From: the human T2T-CHM13v2.0 reference genome, Homo sapiens
Direction: 5' to 3' (one strand)
Assembly: GCF_009914755.1 (NCBI RefSeq)
Contig: NC_060939.1
DNA: 64,000 nucleotides
Position numbers and translations under genes: made by a program. Each line of letters begins with the position of its first letter. The stretch's first letter is position 1. The notes below the pieces were generated by a model. It was not told the DNA's origin and made no database searches. It saw only the letters and a list, made by a program, of their open reading frames with translations. This document shows, piece by piece, positions 13,364-29,262 of the stretch.

Positions 13364-16300
13364 ATTCTATTTCATTCCATTCGATTCCCTTCCATTGGAC
13401 TCCTTTCCATTCGAGTGCATTCCATTCCGTTCCATTTCTTTCCGTTCTGTACGATTCCTACCGTTCGATTTCATTTTGTTCCAGTCCATTCTTTCGCGTC
13501 CATTCCATTCCATTTCACTCCATTCGATTCCATTCCACTCGATTCCACTTCGTTCCATTTCATTGCATTCCATTCTATTCAACTCTATTGCCTTCCATTC
13601 CATTCCATTCGATTACATTCCCTGCGATTCCATTCGAAATCGAATCAATTACATTGCAATACATTACTATTGAGTCCGTTTTATTCCAGTCCACTGCATT
13701 CTGGTCCATTCCATTTGATTCCATTCCATTCTATTCCATTCCATACAGTTGCATTCCATTGGATTCCATGCTATATCTATAAATTCAATTCGAGACCATT
13801 GCTTTTGAGTCCATTCTATATGATTCCATTCCATTCAAGTCCATTACATTTGGTTAAATTCCATTCCATTCGGTTCAATTCCATTCCATTCCATTCCCTT
13901 CCATTCCATTCCAGTTGATATCAATCCATTCGATTCCATTCCATTCGAGCACATTCCATTCGAGTCCATTCCATTCGATGCCATTCCATTTGATTTTATT
14001 CCATTAGTCTCCATTCAATTCCATTAATCTCCATTCCATTCCATTCTACTCCAACTGATTCCATTCCATTCTATTCCTTTCCATTCCATTTCATTCCATT
14101 CCATTCCATTCCATTCCATTCCATTCCATTCGTGTCCATTCCACTCCAGTCCATTCCATTCGTATCCATTCCATTCCAGTCCATTCCATTTGTGTCCACT
14201 GCATTCCATTCCACTCCATTCCATATTATTCCATTACACTCCATTCCATTCTATTACTTTCATTTCCATTCAATTCCATTCCATTTGATTCCATTCCACT
14301 CGGTTTCATTCCATTTGAGTCCACTCCATTCCATTCCATTCCATTCAGTTCCATTCCATTCTGTTCCATTCCATTCCGTTCCATTACATTCCATTCCATT
14401 CGGTACCATTCCATATTGTTCCATTCGATTCCATTCGAATCCATTCCATTCCAGTCCATTCCATTCGATTCCATTCCATTCATTTCAATTCCATTCCATT
14501 CCATTCCATTACATTCCACTTGATTCCTCTCCATTCCCTTCCACTGCATTCCGTTCGATTCCATTCCATTGCATTGCATTCCATTCCATTGGATTGCATT
14601 CCATTCGATTCCATTCCATTCGAATCAATTACATAGCAATCCATTACATTCGAGTCTATTCTCTTCCGTTCCATTCGATTTCGTTCCAATCCATTCGATT
14701 CCATTCCATTCGATTCCATTCCATACTATTGCATTCCATTCGATTACATTATATTCGAATAAGTTCCATTCAAGACCATTTCTTTTGAGTCCATTCTATT
14801 TGAGTCCATTCCCTTTGATTCCATCACATTTGAGTCCATTCAATTCCATTCCTTTCGTTTCCATTCCATTTGATGCCATTCCATTCAATTCTGTTCTACT
14901 CGACTCCAATACATTCAATTCCATTCCATCCGATTCCATTACATTCTTTTCATTTCTTATCCATTTCAAGCCATTCCACTCCATTCCATTCCACTCGTTT
15001 CCTTTCCATTCGAGTCCATTCCTCTCCAGTCCATTCCGTTCAATCCATTCCATTCCAGTCCATTCCATTCGAGTCCGTTCCATTCCAGTCCATTCCATTC
15101 GAGTCAATTCCATTCCATTCGATGTCTTTCCATAACGATCCATTCCATTCTATTCCTTTCGATTCCATTCCATTCTATTTCATTCCATTCGATTCCCTTC
15201 CATTGGACTCCTTTCCATTCGAGTGCATTCCATTCCGTTCCATTTCTTTCCGTTCTGTACGATTCCTACCGTTCGATTTCATTTTGTTCCAGTCCATTCC
15301 TTTCGCGTCCATTCCATTCCATTTCACTCCATTCGATTCCATTCCACTCGATTCCACTTCGTTCCATTTCATTGCATTCCATTCTATTCAACTCTATTGC
15401 CTTCCATTCCATTCCATTCGATTACATTCCATGCGATTCCATTCGAAATCGAATCAATTACATTGCAAACCATTACTATTGAGTCCGTTTTATTCCAGTC
15501 CACTGCATTCTGGTCCATTCCATTTGATTCCATTCCATTCTATTCCATTCCATACAGTTGCATTCCATTGGATTCCATGCTATATCTATAAATTCAATTC
15601 GAGACCATTGCTTTTGAGTCCATTCTATATGATTCCATTCCATTCAAGTCCATTACATTTGGTTAAATTCCATTCCATTCGGTTCAATTCCATTCCATTC
15701 CATTCCCTTCCATTCCATTCCAGTTGATATCAATCCATTCGATTCCATTCCATTCGAGCACATTCCATTCGAGTCCATTCCATTCGATGCCATTCCATTT
15801 GATTCTATTCCATTAGTCTCCATTCAATTCCATTAATCTCCATTCCATTCCATTCTACTCCAACTGATTCCATTCCATTCTATTCCTTTCCATTCCATTT
15901 CATTCCATTCCATTCCATTGCATTCCATTCCATTCCATTCCATTCGTGTCCATTCCACTCCAGTCCATTCCATTCGTATCCATTCCATTCCAGTCCATTC
16001 CATTTGTGTCCACTGCATTCCATTCCACTCCATTCCATATTATTCCATTACACTCCATTCCATTCTATTACTTTCATTTCCATTCAATTCCATTCCATTT
16101 GATTCCATTCCACTCGGTTTCATTCCATTTGAGTCCACTCCATTCCATTCCATTCCATTCAGTTCCATTCCATTCTGTTCCATTCCATTCCGTTCCATTA
16201 CATTCCATTCCATTCGGTACCATTCCATATTGTTCCATTCGATTCCATTCGAATCCGTTCCATTCCAGTCCATTCCATTCGATTCCATTCCATTCATTTC

Positions 16301-19300
16301 AATTCCATTCCATTCCATTCCATTACATTCCACTTGATTCCTCTCCATTCCCTTCCACTGCATTCCGTTCGATTCCATTCCATTGCATTGCATTCCATTC
16401 CATTGGATTGCATTCCATTCGATTCCATTCCATTCGAATCAATTACATAGCAATCCATTACATTCGAGTCTATTCTCTTCCGTTCCATTCGATTTCGTTC
16501 CAATCCATTCGATTCCATTCCATTCGATTCCATTCCATACTATTGCATTCCATTCGATTACATTATATTCGAATAAGTTCCATTCAAGACCATTCCTTTT
16601 GAGTCCATTCTATTTGAGTCCATTCCCTTTGATTCCATAACATTTGAGTCCATTCAATTCCATTCCTTTCGTTTCCATTCCATTTGATGCCATTCCATTC
16701 AATTCTGTTCTACTCGACTCCAATACATTCAATTCCATTCCATCCGATTCCATTACATTCTTTCCATTTCTTATCCATTTCAAGCCATTCCACTCCATTC
16801 CATTCCACTCGTTTCCTTTCCATTCGAGTCCATTCCTCTCCAGTCCATTCCGTTCAATCCATTCCATTCCAGTCCATTCCATTCGAGTCCATTCCATTCC
16901 AGTCCATTCCATTCGAGTCAATTCCATTCCATTCGATGTCTTTCCATAACGATCCATTCCATTCTATTCCTTTCGATTCCATTCCATTCTATTTCATTCC
17001 ATTCGATTCCCTTCCATTGGACTCCTTTCCATTCGAGTGCATTCCATTCCGTTCCATTTCTTTCCGTTCTGTACGATTCCTACCGTTCGATTTCATTTTG
17101 TTCCAGTCCATTCTTTCGCGTCCATTCCATTCCATTTCACTCCATTCGATTCCATTCCACTCGATTCCACTTCGTTCCATTTCATTGCATTCCATTCTAT
17201 TCAACTCTATTGCCTTCCATTCCATTCCATTCGATTACATTCCCTGCGATTCCATTCGAAATCGAATCAATTACATTGCAATACATTACTATTGAGTCCG
17301 TTTTATTCCAGTCCACTGCATTCTGGTCCATTCCATTTGATTCCATTCCATTCTATTCCATTCCATACAGTTGCATTCCATTGGATTCCATGCTATATCT
17401 ATAAATTCAATTCGAGACCATTGCTTTTGAGTCCATTCTATATGATTCCATTCCATTCAAGTCCATTACATTTGGTTAAATTCCATTCCATTCGGTTCAA
17501 TTCCATTCCATTCCATTCCCTTCCATTCCATTCCAGTTGATATCAATCCATTCGATTCCATTCCATTCGAGCACATTCCATTCGAGTCCATTCCATTCGA
17601 TGCCATTCCATTTGATTTTATTCCATTAGTCTCCATTCAATTCCATTAATCTCCATTCCATTCCATTCTACTCCAACTGATTCCATTCCATTCTATTCCT
17701 TTCCATTCCATTTCATTCCATTCCATTCCATTCCATTCCATTCCATTCCATTCGTGTCCATTCCACTCCAGTCCATTCCATTCGTATCCATTCCATTCCA
17801 GTCCATTCCATTTGTGTCCACTGCATTCCATTCCACTCCATTCCATATTATTCCATTACACTCCATTCCATTCTATTACTTTCATTTCCATTCAATTCCA
17901 TTCCATTTGATTCCATTCCACTCGGTTTCATTCCATTTGAGTCCACTCCATTCCATTCCATTCCATTCAGTTCCATTCCATTCTGTTCCATTCCATTCCG
18001 TTCCATTACATTCCATTCCATTCGGTACCATTCCATATTGTTCCATTCGATTCCATTCGAATCCATTCCATTCCAGTCCATTCCATTCGATTCCATTCCA
18101 TTCATTTCAATTCCATTCCATTCCATTCCATTACATTCCACTTGATTCCTCTCCATTCCCTTCCACTGCATTCCGTTCGATTCCATTCCATTGCATTGCA
18201 TTCCATTCCATTGGATTGCATTCCATTCGATTCCATTCCATTCGAATCAATTACATAGCAATCCATTACATTCGAGTCTATTCTCTTCCGTTCCATTCGA
18301 TTTCGTTCCAATCCATTCGATTCCATTCCATTCGATTCCATTCCATACTATTGCATTCCATTCGATTACATTATATTCGAATAAGTTCCATTCAAGACCA
18401 TTTCTTTTGAGTCCATTCTATTTGAGTCCATTCCCTTTGATTCCATCACATTTGAGTCCATTCAATTCCATTCCTTTCGTTTCCATTCCATTTGATGCCA
18501 TTCCATTCAATTCTGTTCTACTCGACTCCAATACATTCAATTCCATTCCATCCGATTCCATTACATTCTTTTCATTTCTTATCCATTTCAAGCCATTCCA
18601 CTCCATTCCATTCCACTCGTTTCCTTTCCATTCGAGTCCATTCCTCTCCAGTCCATTCCGTTCAATCCATTCCATTCCAGTCCATTCCATTCGAGTCCGT
18701 TCCATTCCAGTCCATTCCATTCGAGTCAATTCCATTCCATTCGATGTCTTTCCATAACGATCCATTCCATTCTATTCCTTTCGATTCCATTCCATTCTAT
18801 TTCATTCCATTCGATTCCCTTCCATTGGACTCCTTTCCATTCGAGTGCATTCCATTCCGTTCCATTTCTTTCCGTTCTGTACGATTCCTACCGTTCGATT
18901 TCATTTTGTTCCAGTCCATTCCTTTCGCGTCCATTCCATTCCATTTCACTCCATTCGATTCCATTCCACTCGATTCCACTTCGTTCCATTTCATTGCATT
19001 CCATTCTATTCAACTCTATTGCCTTCCATTCCATTCCATTCGATTACATTCCATGCGATTCCATTCGAAATCGAATCAATTACATTGCAAACCATTACTA
19101 TTGAGTCCGTTTTATTCCAGTCCACTGCATTCTGGTCCATTCCATTTGATTCCATTCCATTCTATTCCATTCCATACAGTTGCATTCCATTGGATTCCAT
19201 GCTATATCTATAAATTCAATTCGAGACCATTGCTTTTGAGTCCATTCTATATGATTCCATTCCATTCAAGTCCATTACATTTGGTTAAATTCCATTCCAT

Positions 19301-20721
19301 TCGGTTCAATTCCATTCCATTCCATTCCCTTCCATTCCATTCCAGTTGATATCAATCCATTCGATTCCATTCCATTCGAGCACATTCCATTCGAGTCCAT
19401 TCCATTCGATGCCATTCCATTTGATTCTATTCCATTAGTCTCCATTCAATTCCATTAATCTCCATTCCATTCCATTCTACTCCAACTGATTCCATTCCAT
19501 TCTATTCCTTTCCATTCCATTTCATTCCATTCCATTCCATTGCATTCCATTCCATTCCATTCCATTCGTGTCCATTCCACTCCAGTCCATTCCATTCGTA
19601 TCCATTCCATTCCAGTCCATTCCATTTGTGTCCACTGCATTCCATTCCACTCCATTCCATATTATTCCATTACACTCCATTCCATTCTATTACTTTCATT
19701 TCCATTCAATTCCATTCCATTTGATTCCATTCCACTCGGTTTCATTCCATTTGAGTCCACTCCATTCCATTCCATTCCATTCAGTTCCATTCCATTCTGT
19801 TCCATTCCATTCCGTTCCATTACATTCCATTCCATTCGGTACCATTCCATATTGTTCCATTCGATTCCATTCGAATCCGTTCCATTCCAGTCCATTCCAT
19901 TCGATTCCATTCCATTCATTTCAATTCCATTCCATTCCATTCCATTACATTCCACTTGATTCCTCTCCATTCCCTTCCACTGCATTCCGTTCGATTCCAT
20001 TCCATTGCATTGCATTCCATTCCATTGGATTGCATTCCATTCGATTCCATTCCATTCGAATCAATTACATAGCAATCCATTACATTCGAGTCTATTCTCT
20101 TCCGTTCCATTCGATTTCGTTCCAATCCATTCGATTCCATTCCATTCGATTCCATTCCATACTATTGCATTCCATTCGATTACATTATATTCGAATAAGT
20201 TCCATTCAAGACCATTCCTTTTGAGTCCATTCTATTTGAGTCCATTCCCTTTGATTCCATAACATTTGAGTCCATTCAATTCCATTCCTTTCGTTTCCAT
20301 TCCATTTGATGCCATTCCATTCAATTCTGTTCTACTCGACTCCAATACATTCAATTCCATTCCATCCGATTCCATTACATTCTTTCCATTTCTTATCCAT
20401 TTCAAGCCATTCCACTCCATTCCATTCCACTCGTTTCCTTTCCATTCGAGTCCATTCCTCTCCAGTCCATTCCGTTCAATCCATTCCATTCCAGTCCATT
20501 CCATTCGAGTCCATTCCATTCCAGTCCATTCCATTCGAGTCAATTCCATTCCATTCGATGTCTTTCCATAACGATCCATTCCATTCTATTCCTTTCGATT
20601 CCATTCCATTCTATTTCATTCCATTCGATTCCCTTCCATTGGACTCCTTTCCATTCGAGTGCATTCCATTCCGTTCCATTTCTTTCCGTTCTGTACGATT
20701 CCTACCGTTCGATTTCATTTT
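13364..20721 (+). repeat. Tandem duplication of two units, period 3622 bp (1814+1808)
   Basis: Private variants recur at a 3622 offset: ACCATTCCTTTT (~16595/~20217) and GAGTCCATTCC (16891/20513). Bounded by mismatches at 13363/16985 and 17100/20722. Confidence 0.85.
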
Positions 20722-23700
20722 CTTCCAGTCCATTCTTTCGCGTCCATTCCATTCCCTTTCACTCCATTCGATTCCATTCCACTCGATTCCACTTCGTTCC
20801 ATTTCATTGCATTCCATTCTATTCAACTCTATTGCCTTCCATTCCATTCCATTCGATTACATTCCATGCGATTCCATTCGAAATCGAATCAATTACATTG
20901 CAATCCATTACTATTGAGTCCGTTTTATTCCAGTCCACTGCATTCTGGTCCATTCCATTTGATTCCATTCCATTCTATTCCATTCCATACAGTTGCATTC
21001 CATTGGATTCCATGCTATATCTATAAATTCAATTCGAGACCATTGCTTTTGAGTCCATTCTATATGATTCCATTCCATTCAAGTCCATTACATTTGGTTA
21101 AATTCCATTCCATTCGGTTCAATTCCATTCCATTCCATTCCCTTCCATTCCATTCCAGTTGATATCAATCCATTCGATTCCATTCCATTCGAGCACATTC
21201 CATTCGAGTCCATTCCATTCGATGCCATTCCATTTGATTCTATTCCATTAGTCTCCATTCAATTCCATTAATCTCCATTCCATTCCATTCTACTCCAACT
21301 GATTCCATTCCATTCTATTCCTTTCCATTCCATTTCATTCCATTCCATTCCATTCCATTCCATTCCATTCCATTCGTGTCCATTCCACTCCAGTCCATTC
21401 CATTCGTATCCATTCCATTCCAGTCCATTCCATTTGTGTCCACTGCATTCCATTCCACTCCATTCCATATTATTCCATTACACTCCATTCCATTCTATTA
21501 CTTTCATTTCCATTCAATTCCATTCCATTTGATTCCATTCCACTCGGTTTCATTCCATTTGAGTCCACTCCATTCCATTCCATTCCATTCAGTTCCATTC
21601 CATTCTGTTCCATTCCATTCCGTTCCATTACATTCCATTCCATTCGGTACCATTCCATATTGTTCCATTCGATTCCATTCGAATCCATTCCATTCCAGTC
21701 CATTCCATTCGATTCCATTCCATTCATTTCAATTCCATTCCATTCCATTACATTACATTCCACTTGATTCCTCTCCATTCCCTTCCACTGCATTCCGTTC
21801 GATTCCATTCCATTGCATTGCATTCCATTCCATTGGATTGCATTCCATTCGATTCCATTCCATTCGAATCAATTACATAGCAATCCATTACATTCGAGTC
21901 TATTCTATTCCGTTCCATTCGATTTCGTTCCAATCCATTCGATTCCATTCCATTCGATTCCATTCCATACTATTGCATTCCATTCGATTACATTATATTC
22001 GAATAAGTTCCATTCAAGACCATTTCTTTTGAGTCCATTCTATTTGAGTCCATTCCCTTTGATTCCATAACATTTGAGTCCATTCAATTCCATTCCTTTC
22101 GTTTCCATTCCATTTGATGCCATTCCATTCAATTCTGTTCTACTCGACTCCAATACATTCAATTCCATTCCATCCGATTCCATTACATTCTTTTCATTTC
22201 TTATCCATTTCAAGCCATTCCACTCCATTCCATTCCACTCGTTTCCTTTCCATTCGAGTCCATTCCTCTCCAGTCCATTCCGTTCAATCCATTCCATTCC
22301 CGTCCATTCCATTCGAGTCCGTTCCATTCCAGTCCATTCCATTCGAGTCAATTCCATTCCATTCGATGTCTTTCCATAACGATCCATTCCATTCTATTCC
22401 TTTCGATTCCATTCCATTCTATTTCATTCCATTCGATTCCCTTCCATTGGACTCCTTTCCATTCGAGTGCATTCCATTCCGTTCCATTTCTTTCCGTTCT
22501 GTACGATTCCTACCGTTCGATTTCATTTTGTTCCAGTCCATTCTTTCGCGTCCATTCCATTCCATTTCACTCCATTCGATTCCATTCCACTCGATTCCAC
22601 TTCGTTCCATTTCATTGCATTCCATTCTATTCAACTCTATTGCCTTCCATTCCATTCCATTCGATTACATTCCATGCGATTCCATTCGAAATCGAATCAA
22701 TTACATTGCAATCCATTACTATTGAGTCCGTTTTATTCCAGTCCACTGCATTCTGGTCCATTCCATTTGATTCCATTCCATTCTATTCCATTCCATACAG
22801 TTGCATTCCATTGGATTCCATGCTATATCTATAAATTCAATTCGAGACCATTGCTTTTGAGTCCATTCTATATGATTCCATTCCATTCAAGTCCATTACA
22901 TTTGGTTCAATTCCATTCCATTCGGTTCAATTCCATTCCATTCCATTCCCTTCCATTCCATTCCAGTTGATATCAATCCATTCGATTCCATTCCATTCGA
23001 GCACATTCCATTCGAGTCCATTCCATTCGATGCCATTCCATTTGATTCTATTCCATTAGTCTCCATTCAATTCCATTAATCTCCATTCCATTCCATTCTA
23101 CTCCAACTGATTCCATTCCATTCTATTCCTTTCCATTCCATTTCATTCCATTCCATTCCATTCCATTCCATTCCATTCCATTCGTGTCCATTCCACTCCA
23201 GTCCATTCCATTCGTATCCATTCCATTCCAGTCCATTCCATTTGTGTCCACTGCATTCCATTCCACTCCATTCCATATTATTCCATTACACTCCATTCCA
23301 TTCTATTACTTTCATTTCCATTCAATTCCATTCCATTTGATTCCATTCCACTCGGTTTCATTCCATTTGAGTCCACTCCATTCCATTCCATTCCATTCAG
23401 TTCCATTCCATTCTGTTCCATTCCATTCCGTTCCATTACATTCCATTCCATTCGGTACCATTCCATATTGTTCCATTCGATTCCATTCGAATCCATTCCA
23501 TTCCAGTCCATTCCATTCGATTCCATTCCATTCATTTCAATTCCATTCCATTCCATTACATTACATTCCACTTGATTCCTCTCCATTCCCTTCCACTGCA
23601 TTCCGTTCGATTCCATTCCATTGCATTGCATTCCATTCCATTGGATTGCATTCCATTCGATTCCATTCCATTCGAATCAATTACATAGCAATCCATTACA

Positions 23701-26700
23701 TTCGAGTCTATTCTCTTCCGTTCCATTCGATTTCGTTCCAATCCATTCGATTCCATTCCATTCGATTCCATTCCATACTATTGCATTCCATTCGATTACA
23801 TTATATTCGAATAAGTTCCATTCAAGACCATTTCTTTTGAGTCCATTCTATTTGAGTCCATTCCCTTTGATTCCATAACATTTGAGTCCATTCAATTCCA
23901 TTCCTTTCGTTTCCATTCCATTTGATGCCATTCCATTTAATTCTGTTCTACTCGACTCCAATACATTCAATTCCATTCCATCCGATTCCATTACATTCTT
24001 TTCATTTCTTATCCATTTCAAGCCATTCCACTCCATTCCATTCCACTCGTTTCCTTTCCATTCGAGTCCATTCCTCTCCAGTCCATTCCGTTCAATCCAT
24101 TCCATTCCAGTCCATTCCATTCGAGTCCGTTCCATTCCAGTCCATTCCATTCGAGTCAATTCCATTCCATTCGGTGTCTTTCCATAACGATCCATTCCAT
24201 TCTATTCCTTTCGATTCCATTCGATTCTATTTCATTCCATTCGATTCCCTTCCATTGGACTCCTTTCCATTCGAGTGCATGCCATTCCGTTCCATTTCTT
24301 TCCGTTCTGTACGATTCCTACCGTTCGATTTCATTTTGTTCCAGTCCATTCTTTCGCGTCCATTCCATTCCATTTCACTCCATTCGATTCCATTCCACTC
24401 GATTCCACTTCGTTCCATTTCATTGCATTCCATTCTATTCAACTCTATTGCCTTCCATTCCATTCCATTCGATTACATTCCCTGCGATTCCATTCGAAAT
24501 CGAATCAATTACATTGCAATACATTACTATTGAGTCCGTTTTATTCCAGTCCACTGCATTCTGGTCCATTCCATTTGATTCCATTCCATTCTATTCCATT
24601 CCATACAGTTGCATTCCATTGGATTCCATGCTATATCTATAAATTCAATTCGAGACCATTGCTTTTGAGTCCATTCTATATGATTCCATTCCATTCAAGT
24701 CCATTACATTTGGTTAAATTCCATTCCATTCGGTTCAATTCCATTCCATTCCATTCCCTTCCATTCCATTCCAGTTGATATCAATCCATTCGATTCCATT
24801 CCATTCGAGCACATTCCATTCGAGTCCATTCCATTCGATGCCATTCCATTTGATTTTATTCCATTAGTCTCCATTCAATTCCATTAATCTCCATTCCATT
24901 CCATTCTACTCCAACTGATTCCATTCCATTCTATTCCTTTCCATTCCATTTCATTCCATTCCATTCCATTCCATTCCATTCCATTCCATTCGTGTCCATT
25001 CCACTCCAGTCCATTCCATTCGTATCCATTCCATTCCAGTCCATTCCATTTGTGTCCACTGCATTCCATTCCACTCCATTCCATATTATTCCATTACACT
25101 CCATTCCATTCTATTACTTTCATTTCCATTCAATTCCATTCCATTTGATTCCATTCCACTCGGTTTCATTCCATTTGAGTCCACTCCATTCCATTCCATT
25201 CCATTCAGTTCCATTCCATTCTGTTCCATTCCATTCCGTTCCATTACATTCCATTCCATTCGGTACCATTCCATATTGTTCCATTCGATTCCATTCGAAT
25301 CCATTCCATTCCAGTCCATTCCATTCGATTCCATTCCATTCATTTCAATTCCATTCCATTACATTACATTACATTCCACTTGATTCCTCTCCATTCCCTT
25401 CCACTGCATTCCGTTCGATTCCATTCCATTGCATTGCATTCCATTCCATTGGATTGCATTCCATTCGATTCCATTCCATTCGAATCAATTACATAGCAAT
25501 CCATTACATTCGAGTCTATTCTCTTCCGTTCCATTCGATTTCGTTCCAATCCATTCGATTCCATTCCATTCGATTCCATTCCATACTATTGCATTCCATT
25601 CGATTACATTATATTCGAATAAGTTCCATTCAAGACCATTTCTTTTGAGTCCATTCTATTTGAGTCCATTCCCTTTGATTCCATCACATTTGAGTCCATT
25701 CAATTCCATTCCTTTCGTTTCCATTCCATTTGATGCCATTCCATTCAATTCTGTTCTACTCGACTCCAATACATTCAATTCCATTCCATCCGATTCCATT
25801 ACATTCTTTTCATTTCTTATCCATTTCAAGCCATTCCACTCCATTCCATTCCACTCGTTTCCTTTCCATTCGAGTCCATTCCTCTCCAGTCCATTCCGTT
25901 CAATCCATTCCATTCCAGTCCATTCCATTCGAGTCCGTTCCATTCCAGTCCATTCCATTCGAGTCAATTCCATTCCATTCGATGTCTTTCCATAACGATC
26001 CATTCCATTCTATTCCTTTCGATTCCATTCCATTCTATTTCATTCCATTCGATTCCCTTCCATTGGACTCCTTTCCATTCGAGTGCATTCCATTCCGTTC
26101 CATTTCTTTCCGTTCTGTACGATTCCTACCGTTCGATTTCATTTTGTTCCAGTCCATTCTTTCGCGTCCATTCCATTCCATTTCACTCCATTCGATTCCA
26201 TTCCACTCGATTCCACTTCGTTCCATTTCATTGCATTCCATTCTATTCAACTCTATTGCCTTCCATTCCATTCCATTCGATTACATTCCCTGCGATTCCA
26301 TTCGAAATCGAATCAATTACATTGCAAACCATTACTATTGAGTCCGTTTTATTCCAGTCCACTGCATTCTGGTCCATTCCATTTGATTCCATTCCATTCT
26401 ATTCCATTCCATACAGTTGCATTCCATTGGATTCCATGCTATATCTATAAATTCAATTCGAGACCATTGCTTTTGAGTCCATTCTATATGATTCCATTCC
26501 ATTCAAGTCCATTACATTTGGTTAAATTCCATTCCATTCCATTCCCTTCCATTCCATTCCAGTTGATATCAATCCATTCGATTCCATTCCATTCGAGCAC
26601 ATTCCATTCGAGTCCATTCCATTCGATGCCATTCCATTTGATTCTATTCCATTAGTCTCCATTCAATTCCATTAATCTCCATTCCATTCCATTCTACTCC

Positions 26701-29262
26701 AACTGATTCCATTCCATTCTATTCCTTTCCATTCCATTTCATTCCATTCCATTCCATTCCATTCCATTCCATTCCATTCCATTCGTGTCCATTCCACTCC
26801 AGTCCATTCCATTCGTATCCATTCCATTCCAGTCCATTCCATTTGTGTCCACTGCATTCCATTCCACTCCATTCCATATTATTCCATTACACTCCATTCC
26901 ATTCTATTACTTTCATTTCCATTCAATTCCATTCCATTTGATTCCATTCCACTCGGTTTCATTCCATTTGAGTCCACTCCATTCCATTCCATTCCATTCA
27001 GTTCCATTCCATTCTGTTCCATTCCATTCCGTTCCATTACATTCCATTCCATTCGGTACCATTCCATATTGTTCCATTCGATTCCATTCGAATCCATTCC
27101 ATTCCAGTCCATTCCATTCGATTCCATTCCATTCATTTCAATTCCATTCCATTCCATTCCATTACATTCCACTTGATTCCTCTCCATTCCCTTCCACTGC
27201 ATTCCGTTCGATTCCATTCCATTGCATTGCATTCCATTCCATTGGATTGCATTCCATTCGATTCCATTCCATTCGAATCAATTACATAGCAATCCATTAC
27301 ATTCGAGTCTATTCTCTTCCGTTCCATTCGATTTCGTTCCAATCCATTCGATTCCATTCCATTCGATTCCATTCCATACTATTGCATTCCATTCGATTAC
27401 ATTATATTCGAATAAGTTCCATTCAAGACCATTTCTTTTGAGTCCATTCTATTTGAGTCCATTCCCTTTGATTCCATAACATTTGAGTCCATTCAATTCC
27501 ATTCCTTTCGTTTCCATTCCATTTGATGCCATTCCATTCAATTCTGTTCTACTCGACTCCAATACATTCAATTCCATTCCATCCGATTCCATTACATTCT
27601 TTTCATTTCTTATCCATTTCAAGCCATTCCACTCCATTCCATTCCACTCGTTTCCTTTCCATTCGAGTCCATTCCTCTCCAGTCCATTCCGTTCAATCCA
27701 TTCCATTCCAGTCCATTCCATTCGAGTCCGTTCTATTCCAGTCCATTCCATTCGAGTCAATTCCATTCCATTCGATGTCTTTCCATAACGATCCATTCCA
27801 TTCTATTCCTTTCGATTCCATTCCATTCTATTTCATTCCATTCGATTCCCTTCCATTGGACTCCTTTCCATTCGAGTGCATTCCATTCCGTTCCATTTCT
27901 TTCCGTTCTGTACGATTCCTACCGTTCGATTTCATTTTGTTCCAGTCCATTCCTTTCGCGTCCATTCCATTCCATTTCACTCCATTCGATTCCATTCCAC
28001 TCGATTCCACTTCGTTCCATTTCATTGCATTCCATTCTATTCAACTCTATTGCCTTCCATTCCATTCCATTCGATTACATTCCATGCGATTCCATTCGAA
28101 ATCGAATCAATTACATTGCAAACCATTACTATTGAGTCCGTTTTATTCCAGTCCACTGCATTCTGGTCCATTCCATTTGATTCCATTCCATTCTATTCCA
28201 TTCCATACAGTTGCATTCCATTGGATTCCATGCTATATCTATAAATTCAATTCGAGACCATTGCTTTTGAGTCCATTCTATATGATTCCATTCCATTCAA
28301 GTCCATTACATTTGGTTAAATTCCATTCCATTCGGTTCAATTCCATTCCATTCCATTCCCTTCCATTCCATTCCAGTTGATATCAATCCATTCGATTCCA
28401 TTCCATTCGAGCACATTCCATTCGAGTCCATTCCATTCGATGCCATTCCATTTGATTCTATTCCATTAGTCTCCATTCAATTCCATTAATCTCCATTCCA
28501 TTCCATTCTACTCCAACTGATTCCATTCCATTCTATTCCTTTCCATTCCATTTCATTCCATTCCATTCCATTCCATTCCATTCCATTCCATTCGTGTCCA
28601 TTCCACTCCAGTCCATTCCATTCGTATCCATTCCATTCCAGTCCATTCCATTTGTGTCCACTGCATTCCATTCCACTCCATTCCATATTATTCCATTACA
28701 CTCCATTCCATTCTATTACTTTCATTTCCATTCAATTCCATTCCATTTGATTCCATTCCACTCGGTTTCATTCCATTTGAGTCCACTCCATTCCATTCCA
28801 TTCCATTCAGTTCCATTCCATTCTGTTCCATTCCATTCCGTTCCATTACATTCCATTCCATTCGGTACCATTCCATATTGTTCCATTCGATTCCATTCGA
28901 ATCCATTCCATTCCAGTCCATTCCATTCGATTCCATTCCATTCATTTCAATTCCATTCCATTCCATTCCATTCCATTCCATTCCACTTGATTCCTCTCCA
29001 TTCCCTTCCACTGCATTCCGTTCGATTCCATTCCATTGCATTGCATTCCATTCCATTGGATTGCATTCCATTCGATTCCATTCCATTCGAATCAATTACA
29101 TAGCAATCCATTACATTCGAGTCTATTCTCTTCCGTTCCATTCGATTTCGTTCCAATCCATTCGATTCCATTCCATTCGATTCCATTCCATACTATTGCA
29201 TTCCATTCGATTACATTATATTCGAATAAGTTCCATTCAAGACCATTTCTTTTGAGTCCATT

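Larger units (their letters stand above)
1..14500 (+). repeat. 5-unit higher-order repeat, period 9026 bp (1-5474 matches 9027-14500)
   Basis: U1/U6 share TTTTCTTCC and ATTCCCTTTC. U2/U7 share TTCCCGTCC and TTTGGTTCAA. U3/U8 share TTTAATTC, TCGATTCTAT, CCCTGCG, CAATACATT and GATTTTATT. First difference noticed at 5475 vs 14501. Confidence 0.85.

Noticed and set aside
24276-24281. Singleton SphI site GCATGC in U14 and other singleton SNPs
   Set aside because: These are isolated point variants or possible sequencing errors, useful only as mapping markers.
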